From Psychrobacter sp. HD31 (GTDB lineage Bacteria > Pseudomonadota > Gammaproteobacteria > Pseudomonadales > Moraxellaceae), in the NCBI RefSeq assembly GCF_051097895.1, contig NZ_CP142525.1, positions 1,680,001 to 1,712,000 on the forward strand: a DNA stretch of 32,000 bases, read 5' to 3'. The translations under genes were made by a program, and so were the position numbers. Below are positions 1 to 9,459 of this stretch, in pieces. Each line of letters begins with the position of its first letter. The stretch's first letter is position 1. The notes beneath the pieces were generated by a model. The model was not told the origin of the DNA, did not search any database, and was given only the letters and a program-made list of their open reading frames with translations.

Positions 1-2421
1 CAACCAGAAATCGACAGCACCACTCAGGCAAAAATTTATGAAAAAATTGCCCAAAACTTGGGTGTGCAAACCAAGCAAATTACCGCTTTTGTAAAATTGT
101 ATGATGAGGGGGCGACTGTGCCATTTATTGCACGGTATCGTAAAGAGCAAACTGGTGGGCTAGATGATGCTCAACTGCGTGTGCTAGAAAAGTCACTTAA
201 CTATGAGCGTGATATGGCAACTCGCCGCGCTAAGATTTTGGACTTGTTAACAGCGCAGGGCAATTTGGATGAGGCATTACAAGCACGTATTGAAGCCGCT
301 AAGTCAAAACTTGAGCTAGAAGATATCTATTTGCCATATCGTCCTCGTCGCCGTTCGTTATCATCAAAAGCAAAAGCAGCAGGGCTTGAGCCAATCGCTA
401 AAGCAGTGCTAGAGACACAAGTGGCACCGTTAGATGCGTTAGCAAATTATAGCCTACCAGAAAATATTACGGATGATACCGGAGAGGTAGTAGAAGTTGA
501 CTTTGCAGACACACAAAAACAGCTGGCAGGTGTGCAAGCAATTATTATTGACCAATGGACACAAGATTTAGCGCTGCTAGATGATGTGCGTAATGGTTTT
601 GGTAAAACAGCGACCCTAAATTCGGTTGTTGCTAGCGATGAAAAACGCGAAGTTGGCGAAAAGTTTAAAGATTATTTTGAGCATAGTGAAAACCTAGCAC
701 GTTTGCCTAATCACCGTTTGCTTGCCATGTTGCGTGGTCGTCAAGAAAATGTTTTAACATTAAAAGTAGATGGCGAAGATGCCCCCTTTATTGACAAAAT
801 AGTGAACAATTTTGAGTTGGCTGGTTTACAACCTGCCGAAAGAGAAAACTTTTTAGTAGAAGCAGCAACCAGTTTATGGTCAGATAAATGGCGCCCACAT
901 ATCGAGCATCGTTTATTGACTGAAAAACGCTTAACCGCCGAAGCAGATGCGATTGATGTATTTGCCAACAATCTACAACATTTATTAATGGCTGCGCCTG
1001 CGGGTCGTAAAGTGATTTTGGGTGTTGACCCTGGTATCCGCCATGGTGTGAAGATGGCAGTGGTTGGGGCTGAAGGTCACGTATTGCAAAGTGAGGCTGG
1101 TGAGCCAGTTATTTCTACGGTTTATCCGTTTGATGGTGGTCAGGGTAAGGTTGAAGAAGCAAAAGCGACAATTGCTGAGCTGATTACTACTTACAATGTA
1201 GCGTTGGTTGCTATTGGCAATGGCACGGCAAGCCGAGAAACGGATGCTTTAATTAAGCAAATTATTAGTGATGAGAACTTAACAGCAACTGCCGTTGTGG
1301 TTAATGAATCTGGTGCCTCGGTATACTCAGCCAGTGAGCTGGCAAGTGATGAACTTGCAGAGTTAGACGTATCTATCCGTGGTGCGGTGTCTATTGCACG
1401 TCGTTTGCAAGATCCGCTATCAGAACTGGTTAAGGTTGATCCAAAAGCCATTGGTGTGGGGCAATATCAGCATGATGTGAACCAAACACAACTGGCTGAC
1501 AGCCTAGATAAAGTAACGCAAGATTGTGTAAACGCCGTGGGTGTTGATGTTAATACGGCAAGCCCAGCCATTTTGGCGCATATTGCAGGTTTAAACCGCA
1601 ACGTTGCCCAACAAATTGTTAATTACCGTAAAGACAATGGTGCGTTTGCAAACAGAGAAGACTTAAAAGCAGTACCTAGATTAGGGACCAAAACATTTGA
1701 ACAAGCGGCAGGTTTCTTACGTATCCGTGATGGACAAGAGCCACTGGATGCGACAGGTGTTCATCCAGAAAGCTATGAGTTAGTACATGAGATTTTAGCA
1801 AAATCTGACAAATCACTGGCAGATGTATTAGGCAATAATGGTGAACTACAAACGCTTGATACCACAGGCATTGAAACTGATGGCATGGGGGTGGCTTCTA
1901 TTATTGCAGAGCTTGCCAAACCAGCCCATGACCCACGTCCAGAGTTTAAAACGGCGAACTTTAGTGATGCTGTTAATAGCATAAGTGACTTAGAAGTGGG
2001 TATGCAACTAGAAGGTGTGGTAACAAACGTCACTGGATTTGGTTGCTTTGTGGATGTGGGCGTACACCAAGATGGCTTAGTGCATATTTCAGAAATGGCA
2101 GACAACTTTATTCAAGACCCACTTAACTTGGTTAAACCAGGGGATATTGTAAAAGTAACAGTAACCGCGGTAGATGAAGACCGTAAGCGTATTGGGTTTA
2201 GCATGAAAACGCAAGAGGGTGGTAGCAAGTCAAAACCAAATGCAGAAAAACCACGCAGAAATAACGCCGGTGGTAAAAAACAAAATAACCGCTCAGATCG
2301 TACTAACAACCGTTCAAATAATGCTAATAAGCAAAATCGTAACAGTAAAGGTAAAGAAGCGAATGCCAATAAACTTGGCTCGTTTGGTGCTTTGCTTAAA
2401 GAGGCAGGATTAAAGAAATAA
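1..2421 (+). CDS. tex: Tex-like transcription accessory protein (S1 RNA-binding domain); 5' end outside window
   Basis: Frame 1 is open from base 1. The translated N-terminus ...YEKIAQNLGVQTKQITAFVKLYDEGATVPFIARYRKEQTGGLDD is the conserved Tex N-terminal region, so the track start at 58 (a TTG) is internal. It has a YqgF/RuvC-like core (ILGVDPGIRHG) and a C-terminal S1 domain (LEGVVTNVTGFGCFVDVGVHQDGLVHISE), followed by an N/K/R-rich tail. The stop at 2419-2421 is followed by a hairpin terminator. Confidence 0.9.
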   Translation, partial: QPEIDSTTQAKIYEKIAQNLGVQTKQITAFVKLYDEGATVPFIARYRKEQTGGLDDAQLRVLEKSLNYERDMATRRAKILDLLTAQGNLDEALQARIEAAKSKLELEDIYLPYRPRRRSLSSKAKAAGLEPIAKAVLETQVAPLDALANYSLPENITDDTGEVVEVDFADTQKQLAGVQAIIIDQWTQDLALLDDVRNGFGKTATLNSVVASDEKREVGEKFKDYFEHSENLARLPNHRLLAMLRGRQENVLTLKVDGEDAPFIDKIVNNFELAGLQPAERENFLVEAATSLWSDKWRPHIEHRLLTEKRLTAEADAIDVFANNLQHLLMAAPAGRKVILGVDPGIRHGVKMAVVGAEGHVLQSEAGEPVISTVYPFDGGQGKVEEAKATIAELITTYNVALVAIGNGTASRETDALIKQIISDENLTATAVVVNESGASVYSASELASDELAELDVSIRGAVSIARRLQDPLSELVKVDPKAIGVGQYQHDVNQTQLADSLDKVTQDCVNAVGVDVNTASPAILAHIAGLNRNVAQQIVNYRKDNGAFANREDLKAVPRLGTKTFEQAAGFLRIRDGQEPLDATGVHPESYELVHEILAKSDKSLADVLGNNGELQTLDTTGIETDGMGVASIIAELAKPAHDPRPEFKTANFSDAVNSISDLEVGMQLEGVVTNVTGFGCFVDVGVHQDGLVHISEMADNFIQDPLNLVKPGDIVKVTVTAVDEDRKRIGFSMKTQEGGSKSKPNAEKPRRNNAGGKKQNNRSDRTNNRSNNANKQNRNSKGKEANANKLGSFGALLKEAGLKK

Positions 2422-2444
2422 GTTGCTTAAGCGTAACGGTTTGG

Positions 2445-2470
2445 AACGCCCATGATGATGGGCGTTTTTT
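2445..2470 (+). terminator. Rho-independent terminator of tex
   Basis: Stem AACGCCCAT (2445-2453), loop GATG, stem ATGGGCGTT (2458-2466), running into a T tract that ends at 2470. Confidence 0.7.
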
Positions 2471-2561
2471 ATGTTTAGCGTAAGGAAGGCTAAAGATATA
2501 TACAATGTGTGCTGTATGTAATGATTTTTTTTCGGCTATTTTGATGTTTTCAAAGCAAGAT

Positions 2562-2864
2562 TTATGCCAAAAGATTTTGGTATTCTTCATGCTTAGCAAT
2601 ATATTTTTCTACAAACCAGCATTGAGGTATCACTTTTTTATCTTGTTTTTTGGCAAATTCGAGCGCATGTTTTACTAAAGCAGAGCCAACACCACGCCCA
2701 CCAAGCTCTTTTGGTACGATGGTGTGATCATAAACAATATTGTCACCTTGGCGTTTATAGCTGATATAACCTGTGTAGTTTTCGCCGTCTACTTCTAGTG
2801 TGCTTTCAAAACGCTGCGTTTTGCGATTGTGGGTTATTTGCTCCATTTGATTGTTGCTTTCCAT
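2562..2864 (-). CDS. Small GNAT-like N-acetyltransferase (YjdJ / Acetyltransf_CG type, ~100 aa)
   Basis: ...YISYKRQGDNIVYDHTIVPKELGGRGVGSALVKHALEFAKKQDKKVIPQCWFVEKYIAKHEEYQNLL matches the short GNAT family pattern (xGxG acetyl-CoA loop, C-terminal IP.C.F...HPEY). An AAGGA sits 4 nt upstream of the ATG at 2864. Confidence 0.75.
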   Translation of the reverse strand: MESNNQMEQITHNRKTQRFESTLEVDGENYTGYISYKRQGDNIVYDHTIVPKELGGRGVGSALVKHALEFAKKQDKKVIPQCWFVEKYIAKHEEYQNLLA

Positions 2865-2895
2865 TGCTAATCCTTAACTTAAGTGACTGTTCTAC

Positions 2896-2924
2896 TTGCC
2901 CTAAGTGTAGCACAATGAGATAAT
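2896..2924 (+). promoter_or_regulatory. Candidate sigma70 promoter for ettA
   Basis: TTGCCC (2896-2901), 17 nt spacer, GATAAT (2919-2924), about 60 nt upstream of the ettA ATG. Sequence pattern only. Confidence 0.35.
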
Positions 2925-2984
2925 AAACCCCATTTTAGTTTTCGACTTTCTAACCAAAAATCATACATTAAGTGACTAAACAAT

Positions 2985-4643
2985 ATGGCTCAATACATCT
3001 ACACCATGAACAATGTGTCAAAACTTGTTCCACCCAAGCGTGAAATCTTAAAAAACATTAACTTATCATTTTTTCCAGGTGCCAAAATTGGTGTTTTAGG
3101 TCTTAATGGTGCGGGTAAATCTACCTTGCTAAAAATTATGGCAGGCGTTGACAAAGAGTTCAGCGGTGAAGCACGCCCACAAGCAGGCATTAAAGTTGGC
3201 TATCTTGAGCAAGAACCACAATTAGACCCAGAAAAAGACGTGCGTGGCAATGTTGAAGATGGTGTGCGCGAAGCATTAGATGCATTAGACCGTCTGAATG
3301 AAATTTATGCAGAATATGCATTACCTGATGCTGATTTTGATAAGCTCGCTGAAGAGCAGGGCAAAATGGAAGACATCATCCAATCATGGGATGCGCATAA
3401 CCTAAACAATCAGCTAGAAAAAGCGGCTGATGCCTTGCGTTTACCAGCCTGGGATGCCGATGTTAGTAAGCTTTCTGGTGGTGAAAAACGCCGTGTGGCG
3501 CTTTGCCGTCTGCTTTTGTCTAAGCCAGACATGCTACTACTTGACGAGCCAACCAACCACTTGGATGCCGAATCTGTGGCATGGTTAGAGCATTTCTTAC
3601 ACGACTACAGTGGTACTATTGTAGCAATTACCCACGATAGATATTTCCTTGATAATGTTGCTGAGTGGATTTTGGAGCTTGACCGTGGTCATGGGTATCC
3701 ATATGAAGGTAACTATACTGAATGGCTGATACAAAAAGACAGACGTTTAGAAGAGCAGCAAAAGCAGGAAGAGTCATTTGCAAAAGCCTTGAAAAAAGAA
3801 TTGGAATGGGTGCGTAAAAACCAAAAAGGTCAGCAAGCCAAATCTAAATCTCGTATGCAACGCTTTGAAGAATTGAACTCTAAAGAATTCCAAGAGCGTA
3901 ACGAAACCGCTGAAATCTATATTCCACCTGGTCCTCGTTTGGGTAATAAAGTGGTTGAAGTTAATGGCATCTCTAAGTCATTTGGCGACCGTTTGTTATA
4001 TGAAAACCTATCATTTACTGTGCCACCTGCGGCGATTGTGGGTATCATTGGTGCCAACGGTGCTGGTAAAACCACCTTATTTAACATGATTACAGGCAAA
4101 GACAGCCCAGATACAGGGACGGTTGAGCTGGGTGAGAGTGTTAAGGTTGCCTATGTTGGTCAGGTGCGTGATGAGCTAGATGATAAAAAGACAGTGTGGG
4201 AAGAAGTCTCAGATGGTTTGGATATGATTACCATCGGTGATTATGAAACTTCTAGCCGTGCTTATATTGGTCGCTTTAACTTTAAAGGTCAAGATCAGCA
4301 AAAACACGTTGGGCAACTCTCTGGTGGTGAGCGTAACCGCTTGCAACTGGCAAAAACGCTTAAGCAAGGGGCAAATGTTATCTTGCTGGATGAACCGTCT
4401 AACGACTTGGACGTAGAAACGTTGCGTGCTTTGGAGGATGCAATTCAAGTATTCCCAGGTACAGTGATGTGTGTATCGCATGACCGCTGGTTCTTAGACC
4501 GTATTGCCACACATATTTTAGCCTTTGAAGACGAAGGTCCGATTTGGTTTGATGGTAACTACTCTGAGTTTGAGGCGTATCGTAAAAAACAGTTGGGAGC
4601 CGATGCCACTCCAAAACGAGTTAAACATAAAAAGATTTCTTAA
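2985..4643 (+). CDS. ettA: Energy-dependent translational throttle protein EttA (ABC-F ATPase)
   Basis: The N-terminus MAQYIYTMNNVSKLVPPKREILKNINLSFFPGAKIGVLGLNGAGKSTLL is typical of EttA/YjjK. It has two ABC cassettes (Walker A GLNGAGKST and GANGAGKTT; signatures LSGGEKRR and LSGGERNR; Walker B LLLDEPTNHLD and ILLDEPSNDLD) and no TM domain. Confidence 0.95.
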   Translation: MAQYIYTMNNVSKLVPPKREILKNINLSFFPGAKIGVLGLNGAGKSTLLKIMAGVDKEFSGEARPQAGIKVGYLEQEPQLDPEKDVRGNVEDGVREALDALDRLNEIYAEYALPDADFDKLAEEQGKMEDIIQSWDAHNLNNQLEKAADALRLPAWDADVSKLSGGEKRRVALCRLLLSKPDMLLLDEPTNHLDAESVAWLEHFLHDYSGTIVAITHDRYFLDNVAEWILELDRGHGYPYEGNYTEWLIQKDRRLEEQQKQEESFAKALKKELEWVRKNQKGQQAKSKSRMQRFEELNSKEFQERNETAEIYIPPGPRLGNKVVEVNGISKSFGDRLLYENLSFTVPPAAIVGIIGANGAGKTTLFNMITGKDSPDTGTVELGESVKVAYVGQVRDELDDKKTVWEEVSDGLDMITIGDYETSSRAYIGRFNFKGQDQQKHVGQLSGGERNRLQLAKTLKQGANVILLDEPSNDLDVETLRALEDAIQVFPGTVMCVSHDRWFLDRIATHILAFEDEGPIWFDGNYSEFEAYRKKQLGADATPKRVKHKKIS

Positions 4644-4646
4644 TAA

Positions 4647-4682
4647 AAAAAGCCCCTTCATACTGATGGGGCTTTATTTTTT
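4647..4682 (+). terminator. Rho-independent terminator of ettA
   Basis: AGCCCC (4651-4656), 11-nt loop, GGGGCT (4668-4673), followed by TTATTTTTT. Confidence 0.7.
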
Positions 4683-4688
4683 GCTAAC

Positions 4689-4717
4689 TTGCAGTCAAAA
4701 TCCATATATACTAGAAT
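4689..4717 (+). promoter_or_regulatory. Candidate sigma70 promoter for the small-membrane-protein/SSS operon
   Basis: TTGCAG (4689-4694), 17 nt spacer, TAGAAT (4712-4717). This would give a leader of about 65 nt containing a small hairpin CCCTAT/ATAGGG (4726-4748). Confidence 0.4.
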
Positions 4718-4790
4718 GTGAAACGCCCTATACGATAGACGGATAGGGGTTCACTGACAACATATCACCGCAAAACAGAGGAGTTCTGTC

Positions 4791-5117
4791 ATGCAATCCA
4801 CTAAAAAAGGCACATCAGGTGTCTTATTCGCTTGTGTCTTTTTACCACTTGCAACGTCACTTTTTGCCATATTTTCCACTCAAGTCGCATCAGAAACCCA
4901 AAGCCAAGTTATTGCGGGTATGCCTCAATTTTTGTGGTTATGGATAGCTTTGGCATTTTTGATGATGCTGGTTATTATTTTTAGTGCAATCAAACTATCA
5001 TTTAATGATTATGGTAATTTAGATTCAAATCAAACAAAATCAAAGCAGCAATCGGCAACGCCTTCATCGACTGCCTCCATAAATAGTAATACACAAAAGG
5101 AGGTTAACAATGGATAA
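4791..5117 (+). CDS. Small two-TM membrane protein with a Q/S/T/N-rich tail, translationally coupled to the downstream symporter (possible accessory subunit)
   Basis: GAGGAG RBS 7 nt before the ATG. Two hydrophobic segments (VLFACVFLPLATSLFAIF and FLWLWIALAFLMMLVIIFSAI). Its stop overlaps the next start (ATGGATAA, 5110-5117). I recognise no family motif. Confidence 0.6.
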   Translation: MQSTKKGTSGVLFACVFLPLATSLFAIFSTQVASETQSQVIAGMPQFLWLWIALAFLMMLVIIFSAIKLSFNDYGNLDSNQTKSKQQSATPSSTASINSNTQKEVNNG

Positions 5118-6561
5118 CCAAACGCTTGTTATACTCTTTTTAGTGATATATTTACTGTTTTTGGCAGGTATTGGCATTTACACGGCACGTCGCCCAGTCA
5201 GCAATAATGAATATTTATTTGGCAATGGCTTTGGCTTTTTGTTTTCTATGTTTGGTATCGCAGCCAGTTTGTTTAGCTCGTTTACTTTGCAGGGGATGCC
5301 AGACTTTTTTAAGAATCATGGGATTGGCTCATGGGTGTTTTTAGGTATTACAGATGTTTGCTTAGCAGGCTTGCTGTTGTATTTTGGCTTAAAAATGCGT
5401 GGGTTTGCCCGCCATTTGGCTGCTAAAAACAATGGGTATGCTCCTAAAAATTTAACAGAGTGGCTAAAACAAAGCAAAATGCCACGTTGGTCGATTATCT
5501 TTTTTATCATTGCAACCACCATTTTCATGGTGCCTTATGTAACCATTGGCATTAAAGGACCTGCGATATTATTGCAAAGTGTCATTCCTTTGGGTGATAC
5601 GCACCTAATGTGGTCGTGTGCAATCGTCTTATTAATGCTTGCTTATTCTTGGTTTGGTGGTATTAGAGCCATTTTTGTAACGGATATGATTCAGGGTATG
5701 CTGCTATTGATGATTGTTTGGGCAATTGCGTTTTTTGCAATCAAGGGTGCTGGTGGTGTGGCAGAGTTATTTGAACAAGCAAAAGATATTAATCCGCAAC
5801 TCATGTCAGCGCCTGGACCTGCTGGGCTTTTTAATTGGCAATTTTTGCTGATTAGTTTTATTTCTATTATTACCATCCCTTATGTACAACCGCAAATGGC
5901 AACCCGTATGCTGGTAGCAAAAACGGATAAAGTTTTTGCACGCTCAAGCGCTGGCTTGGCATTTTTTGCTTTTATCGTTATTTTACCAACCTTATTTATT
6001 GGTCTTAGAGCGGTTGGGCTGAGTGTAGACGAAGGGGCAGTATCAACTGGCAACTTTTTGTTAGATTTAATTAATCATGATGCCACACCGTTTTTATTTG
6101 GTATGTTTATTGTGGGTGCGCTTGCGGCAGATATGTCTACGGTTGATAGCCAATTATTATCAATTGGCACGGAGTGGCGTTCTGCTTTTTTAAAAGAGGA
6201 CATTCAAAGCCATCCAAATGCCAAAAATGGGGTAAAAATTGTTGGTTTGATAGTTGCCTTGCTATCCCTGGTATTGGCGCAATCTAATTTTGAGTCTTTG
6301 ATTTTATTTGCGATTAACTCATTTGTAGGGACATCATTGCTATTACCATTGATTGTGGCAGCGGTGCTTAACTCTTCAGTAAAACGCCAATTATTGAGTA
6401 TTGCGTCTATGGTGAGTGTGACTCTATTTTTACTGAGCTTGTTTAACATCATACCAAACATGTTGGCTGGCTATCGTATTGAGCTATATATGTATGCGGT
6501 TTTAGGTGCGATGTTGCTACTAAGTTTACTGACAGAAAAAAGACAGTATCGTGTGAGTTAA
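5110..6561 (+). CDS. Sodium:solute symporter (SSS) family transporter, substrate unknown
   Basis: 483 aa and polytopic (about 12-13 hydrophobic segments). The SSS-like N-terminus is LVILFLVIYLLFLAGIGIYTARR. Strong AAGGAGG RBS before the ATG at 5110. Confidence 0.8.
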   Translation: MDNQTLVILFLVIYLLFLAGIGIYTARRPVSNNEYLFGNGFGFLFSMFGIAASLFSSFTLQGMPDFFKNHGIGSWVFLGITDVCLAGLLLYFGLKMRGFARHLAAKNNGYAPKNLTEWLKQSKMPRWSIIFFIIATTIFMVPYVTIGIKGPAILLQSVIPLGDTHLMWSCAIVLLMLAYSWFGGIRAIFVTDMIQGMLLLMIVWAIAFFAIKGAGGVAELFEQAKDINPQLMSAPGPAGLFNWQFLLISFISIITIPYVQPQMATRMLVAKTDKVFARSSAGLAFFAFIVILPTLFIGLRAVGLSVDEGAVSTGNFLLDLINHDATPFLFGMFIVGALAADMSTVDSQLLSIGTEWRSAFLKEDIQSHPNAKNGVKIVGLIVALLSLVLAQSNFESLILFAINSFVGTSLLLPLIVAAVLNSSVKRQLLSIASMVSVTLFLLSLFNIIPNMLAGYRIELYMYAVLGAMLLLSLLTEKRQYRVS

Positions 6562-6604
6562 AACCGTTTGTGATACCAAATTTTTAATAGGTTGTAATTA
6601 AAAA

Positions 6605-6646
6605 TTAACCCCCAGTTTAAAGATTAAGCTGGGGGTTAATGGTTTT
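6605..6646. terminator. Bidirectional terminator between the symporter (+) and plsB (-)
   Basis: Perfect 11-bp stem TTAACCCCCAG (6605-6615) / CTGGGGGTTAA (6629-6639), with T-rich sequence on both strands beyond the stem. Confidence 0.7.
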
Positions 6647-6649
6647 TAG

Positions 6650-9310
6650 CTACTTTTTCTTTCTACTAAATCTTCTGGCTTTTTTAGCATTAAGCTCATT
6701 AATTGCTTTTTCAATATCTTCATCGCCAAGGTCTGCAATGTTTTGTAGTAATTGCATCATTTTTGGTCGTAAAATATAGCGTGCATGGTGAGCAATATCA
6801 TTAATGCGATGGTCAAAACTTAGCAAACCGGTTTCTTCATCTTTTTGTAGATAGTCTAAACGTATTAATGCATCAATAAAGCCAGTAAATAATGCACGGT
6901 CAAATGAGTCTGGAATATCATCTGCATAAAGTACTGACAAACGCTGACCTAACAAGTGGCACAAGTCGACAACCTGTTCTGATGTTAAGTTACCAGAGCC
7001 TTGTTGTGCAAGCAATGCCAAACTCATAAAGTAGCGTTCTAGGCTTTGCTCAACAGGGGTTGCCAACACTTTTAATTGTTGGTATTCACGACTAGAAGCA
7101 TCTGGCGCACCAACACTGTTATCTTCTCTGCTAATAATGATACCTTGATCAATCAGGTTTTCTAGCTTTTGGTTAACAGTTTGGCGGATGTCGCGTTGGG
7201 TATATTTTAAAAACAATTCTGTTTGTAAAAATGGATATAGCAGCTCAAAAATCGTATCAATACGCTCACGGCTAATGCGTCCGTTGCGCTCTACTAAAGC
7301 TGCTAAAAATGACGACAAAATATACACATGCAAAATATTATTACGGAAGTAACTTAATAATGGTGCTTGGTTATTAGCTACCTGAATCATATCGCCTAAA
7401 ATATGCTGACGACGCTCTACCAGTTTTAGCTTAATACCGTAGTCAATAATATCGTGCGGAGACATGTCAGTGACTGTGGTGTCGGCATCATAGGGTAATT
7501 TTTTGGCAAGACGCTGGTATAAAGCAATTTGGTTTTGGCAGCTTTCTTCATCTAAAGCTGCTTTTGGTGTTGCCAGCAACACAAGTGATAATAGGGAGAT
7601 TGGGTTAATTACGGCTGCTTTGTTGATATGCTGTAGGATTTTAACACCCAAGTTGGAAATCATATCGCTTGTGTTTTGGCTTAGCTCAAACTCTGTTGTA
7701 TTACGTGGTAAGCTGTTTGGCTCAACATCAAACTTTTGCATAAAGTCAGATAAATAAAGCGGTGTACCAAAACTAAGATGTACTGTACCAAAAATGCGTT
7801 CTATCTTCCTTGCTGTTTTTAGCAACCCAACTAAAGATTCGGACTCTTTTGGTTGACCTTTAAGCTCACCAATGTAAGAACCCCCTTCCATAATGCGCTC
7901 ATACCCGATGTAGGTTGGGATAAACACAACCGGTTTACCAGCACGGCGCAAGTGGCTTTGTACAGTCATAGAAATCATGCCAAGTTTTGCTGGCAATAGG
8001 CGACCCGAGCGAGAACGGCCACCTTCAATAAAATATTCAATTGGGTTGTTGCGCTCTACTATGCTGTGTACATATTCTTTAAATACGGTGCTGTAAAGTG
8101 CATTGCCTTTAAAGCTACGACGCATAAAAAAGGCACCGCCACTGCGTAAAATTTTACCTAAAACAGGGATGTTAAGGTTATCTCCAGCAGCAACATAAGG
8201 GATGCGTAATCCACGTTTGTAAATGATAAAAGATAAGAGTAAGTAATCGATATGGCTGCGATGGCAAGGCACATAAATAATCTCGTGATCTGCTGCTAAT
8301 TCACGTACACGCTCAAAGTGCTGTACTTCAACACCGTCATAAAGCTGCGTCCATAACCAGGTTAAAAAGGTATCAAAAAACCGAACTACTGGGTATGAGT
8401 AGTCTGTTGCTATCTCATTTAAATAGCCACGGGCAACTTGTTTAACTTGCGCTTTATTTTTGCCTGAGGACTCACTTTCTTGTTCTATCGCTGTTTTAAT
8501 GGCGGGAGAGTATAATAGCTTATCAACGACGTTACGTCTGTCGGATAAATCAGGACCAAGCACACTGGCACGTTGTTTGTCTAAAAACCCATTTAAATAT
8601 TGTTGTACACTGCGTGTGATGTTTTTATTTGCTTCTTGGGCAGTGATTAATGCATGGTTAGGGCTTGCTTGATTTGTGTTTTTTTTAGGCTGTAAGTCAC
8701 CCAATAGTGTGCCTAAATCAATGGGTTTGTGAAACTCAACAAATGTATCACGACCCATCACTCCAATATTAAACAGTTGCTTACTAAAACTTGGCTCTTG
8801 CCAGTTATCAGCAACTAACAATTTAAATAAAGAGTCTTCTTTCTCGGGTGATCTACCCCAAATAATCGTAACTGGTACAAGTTGTATTTTTAAGGCTGGG
8901 TGTTGCTGGCAAGCCGATACTAAACGCTGTAAACGAGGAGAAACAGCCCCTGTTTGTTTTGATGAAGGGTGTTTTAAAAAAATAATGGCAGCATTTTCAT
9001 AAATGCCATGAGCCTTGTCACTTACTTTTACCAAAGAAGGTGGTAATTTATGTTCTTTTGTTTGTACATCAATCAACACACTGTTTGAGCGAGAATACTC
9101 TTTGAGCACATAAAAAGTTAGTGTGTTTTCAGTGGTATCTAGTTTGGGTACTTCTCCAACCAGTTGAGGTTTGACAGCAACGTCTAACGCGCTACCAGAA
9201 AGTTTGCGATACAAGTGTGTTGCTATGTTATCGTTATTTTCTGTTGCTTTGTTATGTTTAGGCGTTTTTGCTTTGGATGAACCTTTGGCAGAGAATATTT
9301 TTTTTAGCAT
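6650..9310 (-). CDS. plsB: Glycerol-3-phosphate 1-O-acyltransferase PlsB
   Basis: 886 aa. It carries the acyltransferase HX4D motif (VPCHRSHIDYLLLS), the downstream FFMRRSF and IEGGRSRSGRLL blocks, and the long PlsB-type C-terminal region. The N- and C-termini are basic and Lys-rich. Confidence 0.92.
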   Translation of the reverse strand: MLKKIFSAKGSSKAKTPKHNKATENNDNIATHLYRKLSGSALDVAVKPQLVGEVPKLDTTENTLTFYVLKEYSRSNSVLIDVQTKEHKLPPSLVKVSDKAHGIYENAAIIFLKHPSSKQTGAVSPRLQRLVSACQQHPALKIQLVPVTIIWGRSPEKEDSLFKLLVADNWQEPSFSKQLFNIGVMGRDTFVEFHKPIDLGTLLGDLQPKKNTNQASPNHALITAQEANKNITRSVQQYLNGFLDKQRASVLGPDLSDRRNVVDKLLYSPAIKTAIEQESESSGKNKAQVKQVARGYLNEIATDYSYPVVRFFDTFLTWLWTQLYDGVEVQHFERVRELAADHEIIYVPCHRSHIDYLLLSFIIYKRGLRIPYVAAGDNLNIPVLGKILRSGGAFFMRRSFKGNALYSTVFKEYVHSIVERNNPIEYFIEGGRSRSGRLLPAKLGMISMTVQSHLRRAGKPVVFIPTYIGYERIMEGGSYIGELKGQPKESESLVGLLKTARKIERIFGTVHLSFGTPLYLSDFMQKFDVEPNSLPRNTTEFELSQNTSDMISNLGVKILQHINKAAVINPISLLSLVLLATPKAALDEESCQNQIALYQRLAKKLPYDADTTVTDMSPHDIIDYGIKLKLVERRQHILGDMIQVANNQAPLLSYFRNNILHVYILSSFLAALVERNGRISRERIDTIFELLYPFLQTELFLKYTQRDIRQTVNQKLENLIDQGIIISREDNSVGAPDASSREYQQLKVLATPVEQSLERYFMSLALLAQQGSGNLTSEQVVDLCHLLGQRLSVLYADDIPDSFDRALFTGFIDALIRLDYLQKDEETGLLSFDHRINDIAHHARYILRPKMMQLLQNIADLGDEDIEKAINELNAKKARRFSRKKK

Positions 9311-9459
9311 ACCATAAATATTTGTTGATAATTATAAGCGGTATAATGCCACAAAATCGCAAAAAGTGATACACTTGTTCTCTTTAAATATGATAATTGA
9401 GTAGTATTGTATAATTTGTTATTGTAAAGATAGTACTATGGTAATTAAGGGGTTTATTT

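Noticed and set aside
2219-2599. ORFs 2219-2413 (+) and 2396-2599 (-) around the tex 3' end, and 4525-4746 (+) at the ettA 3' end.
   Set aside because: They overlap the tex or ettA coding frames, or run through the terminator hairpins, and have no motifs or RBS.
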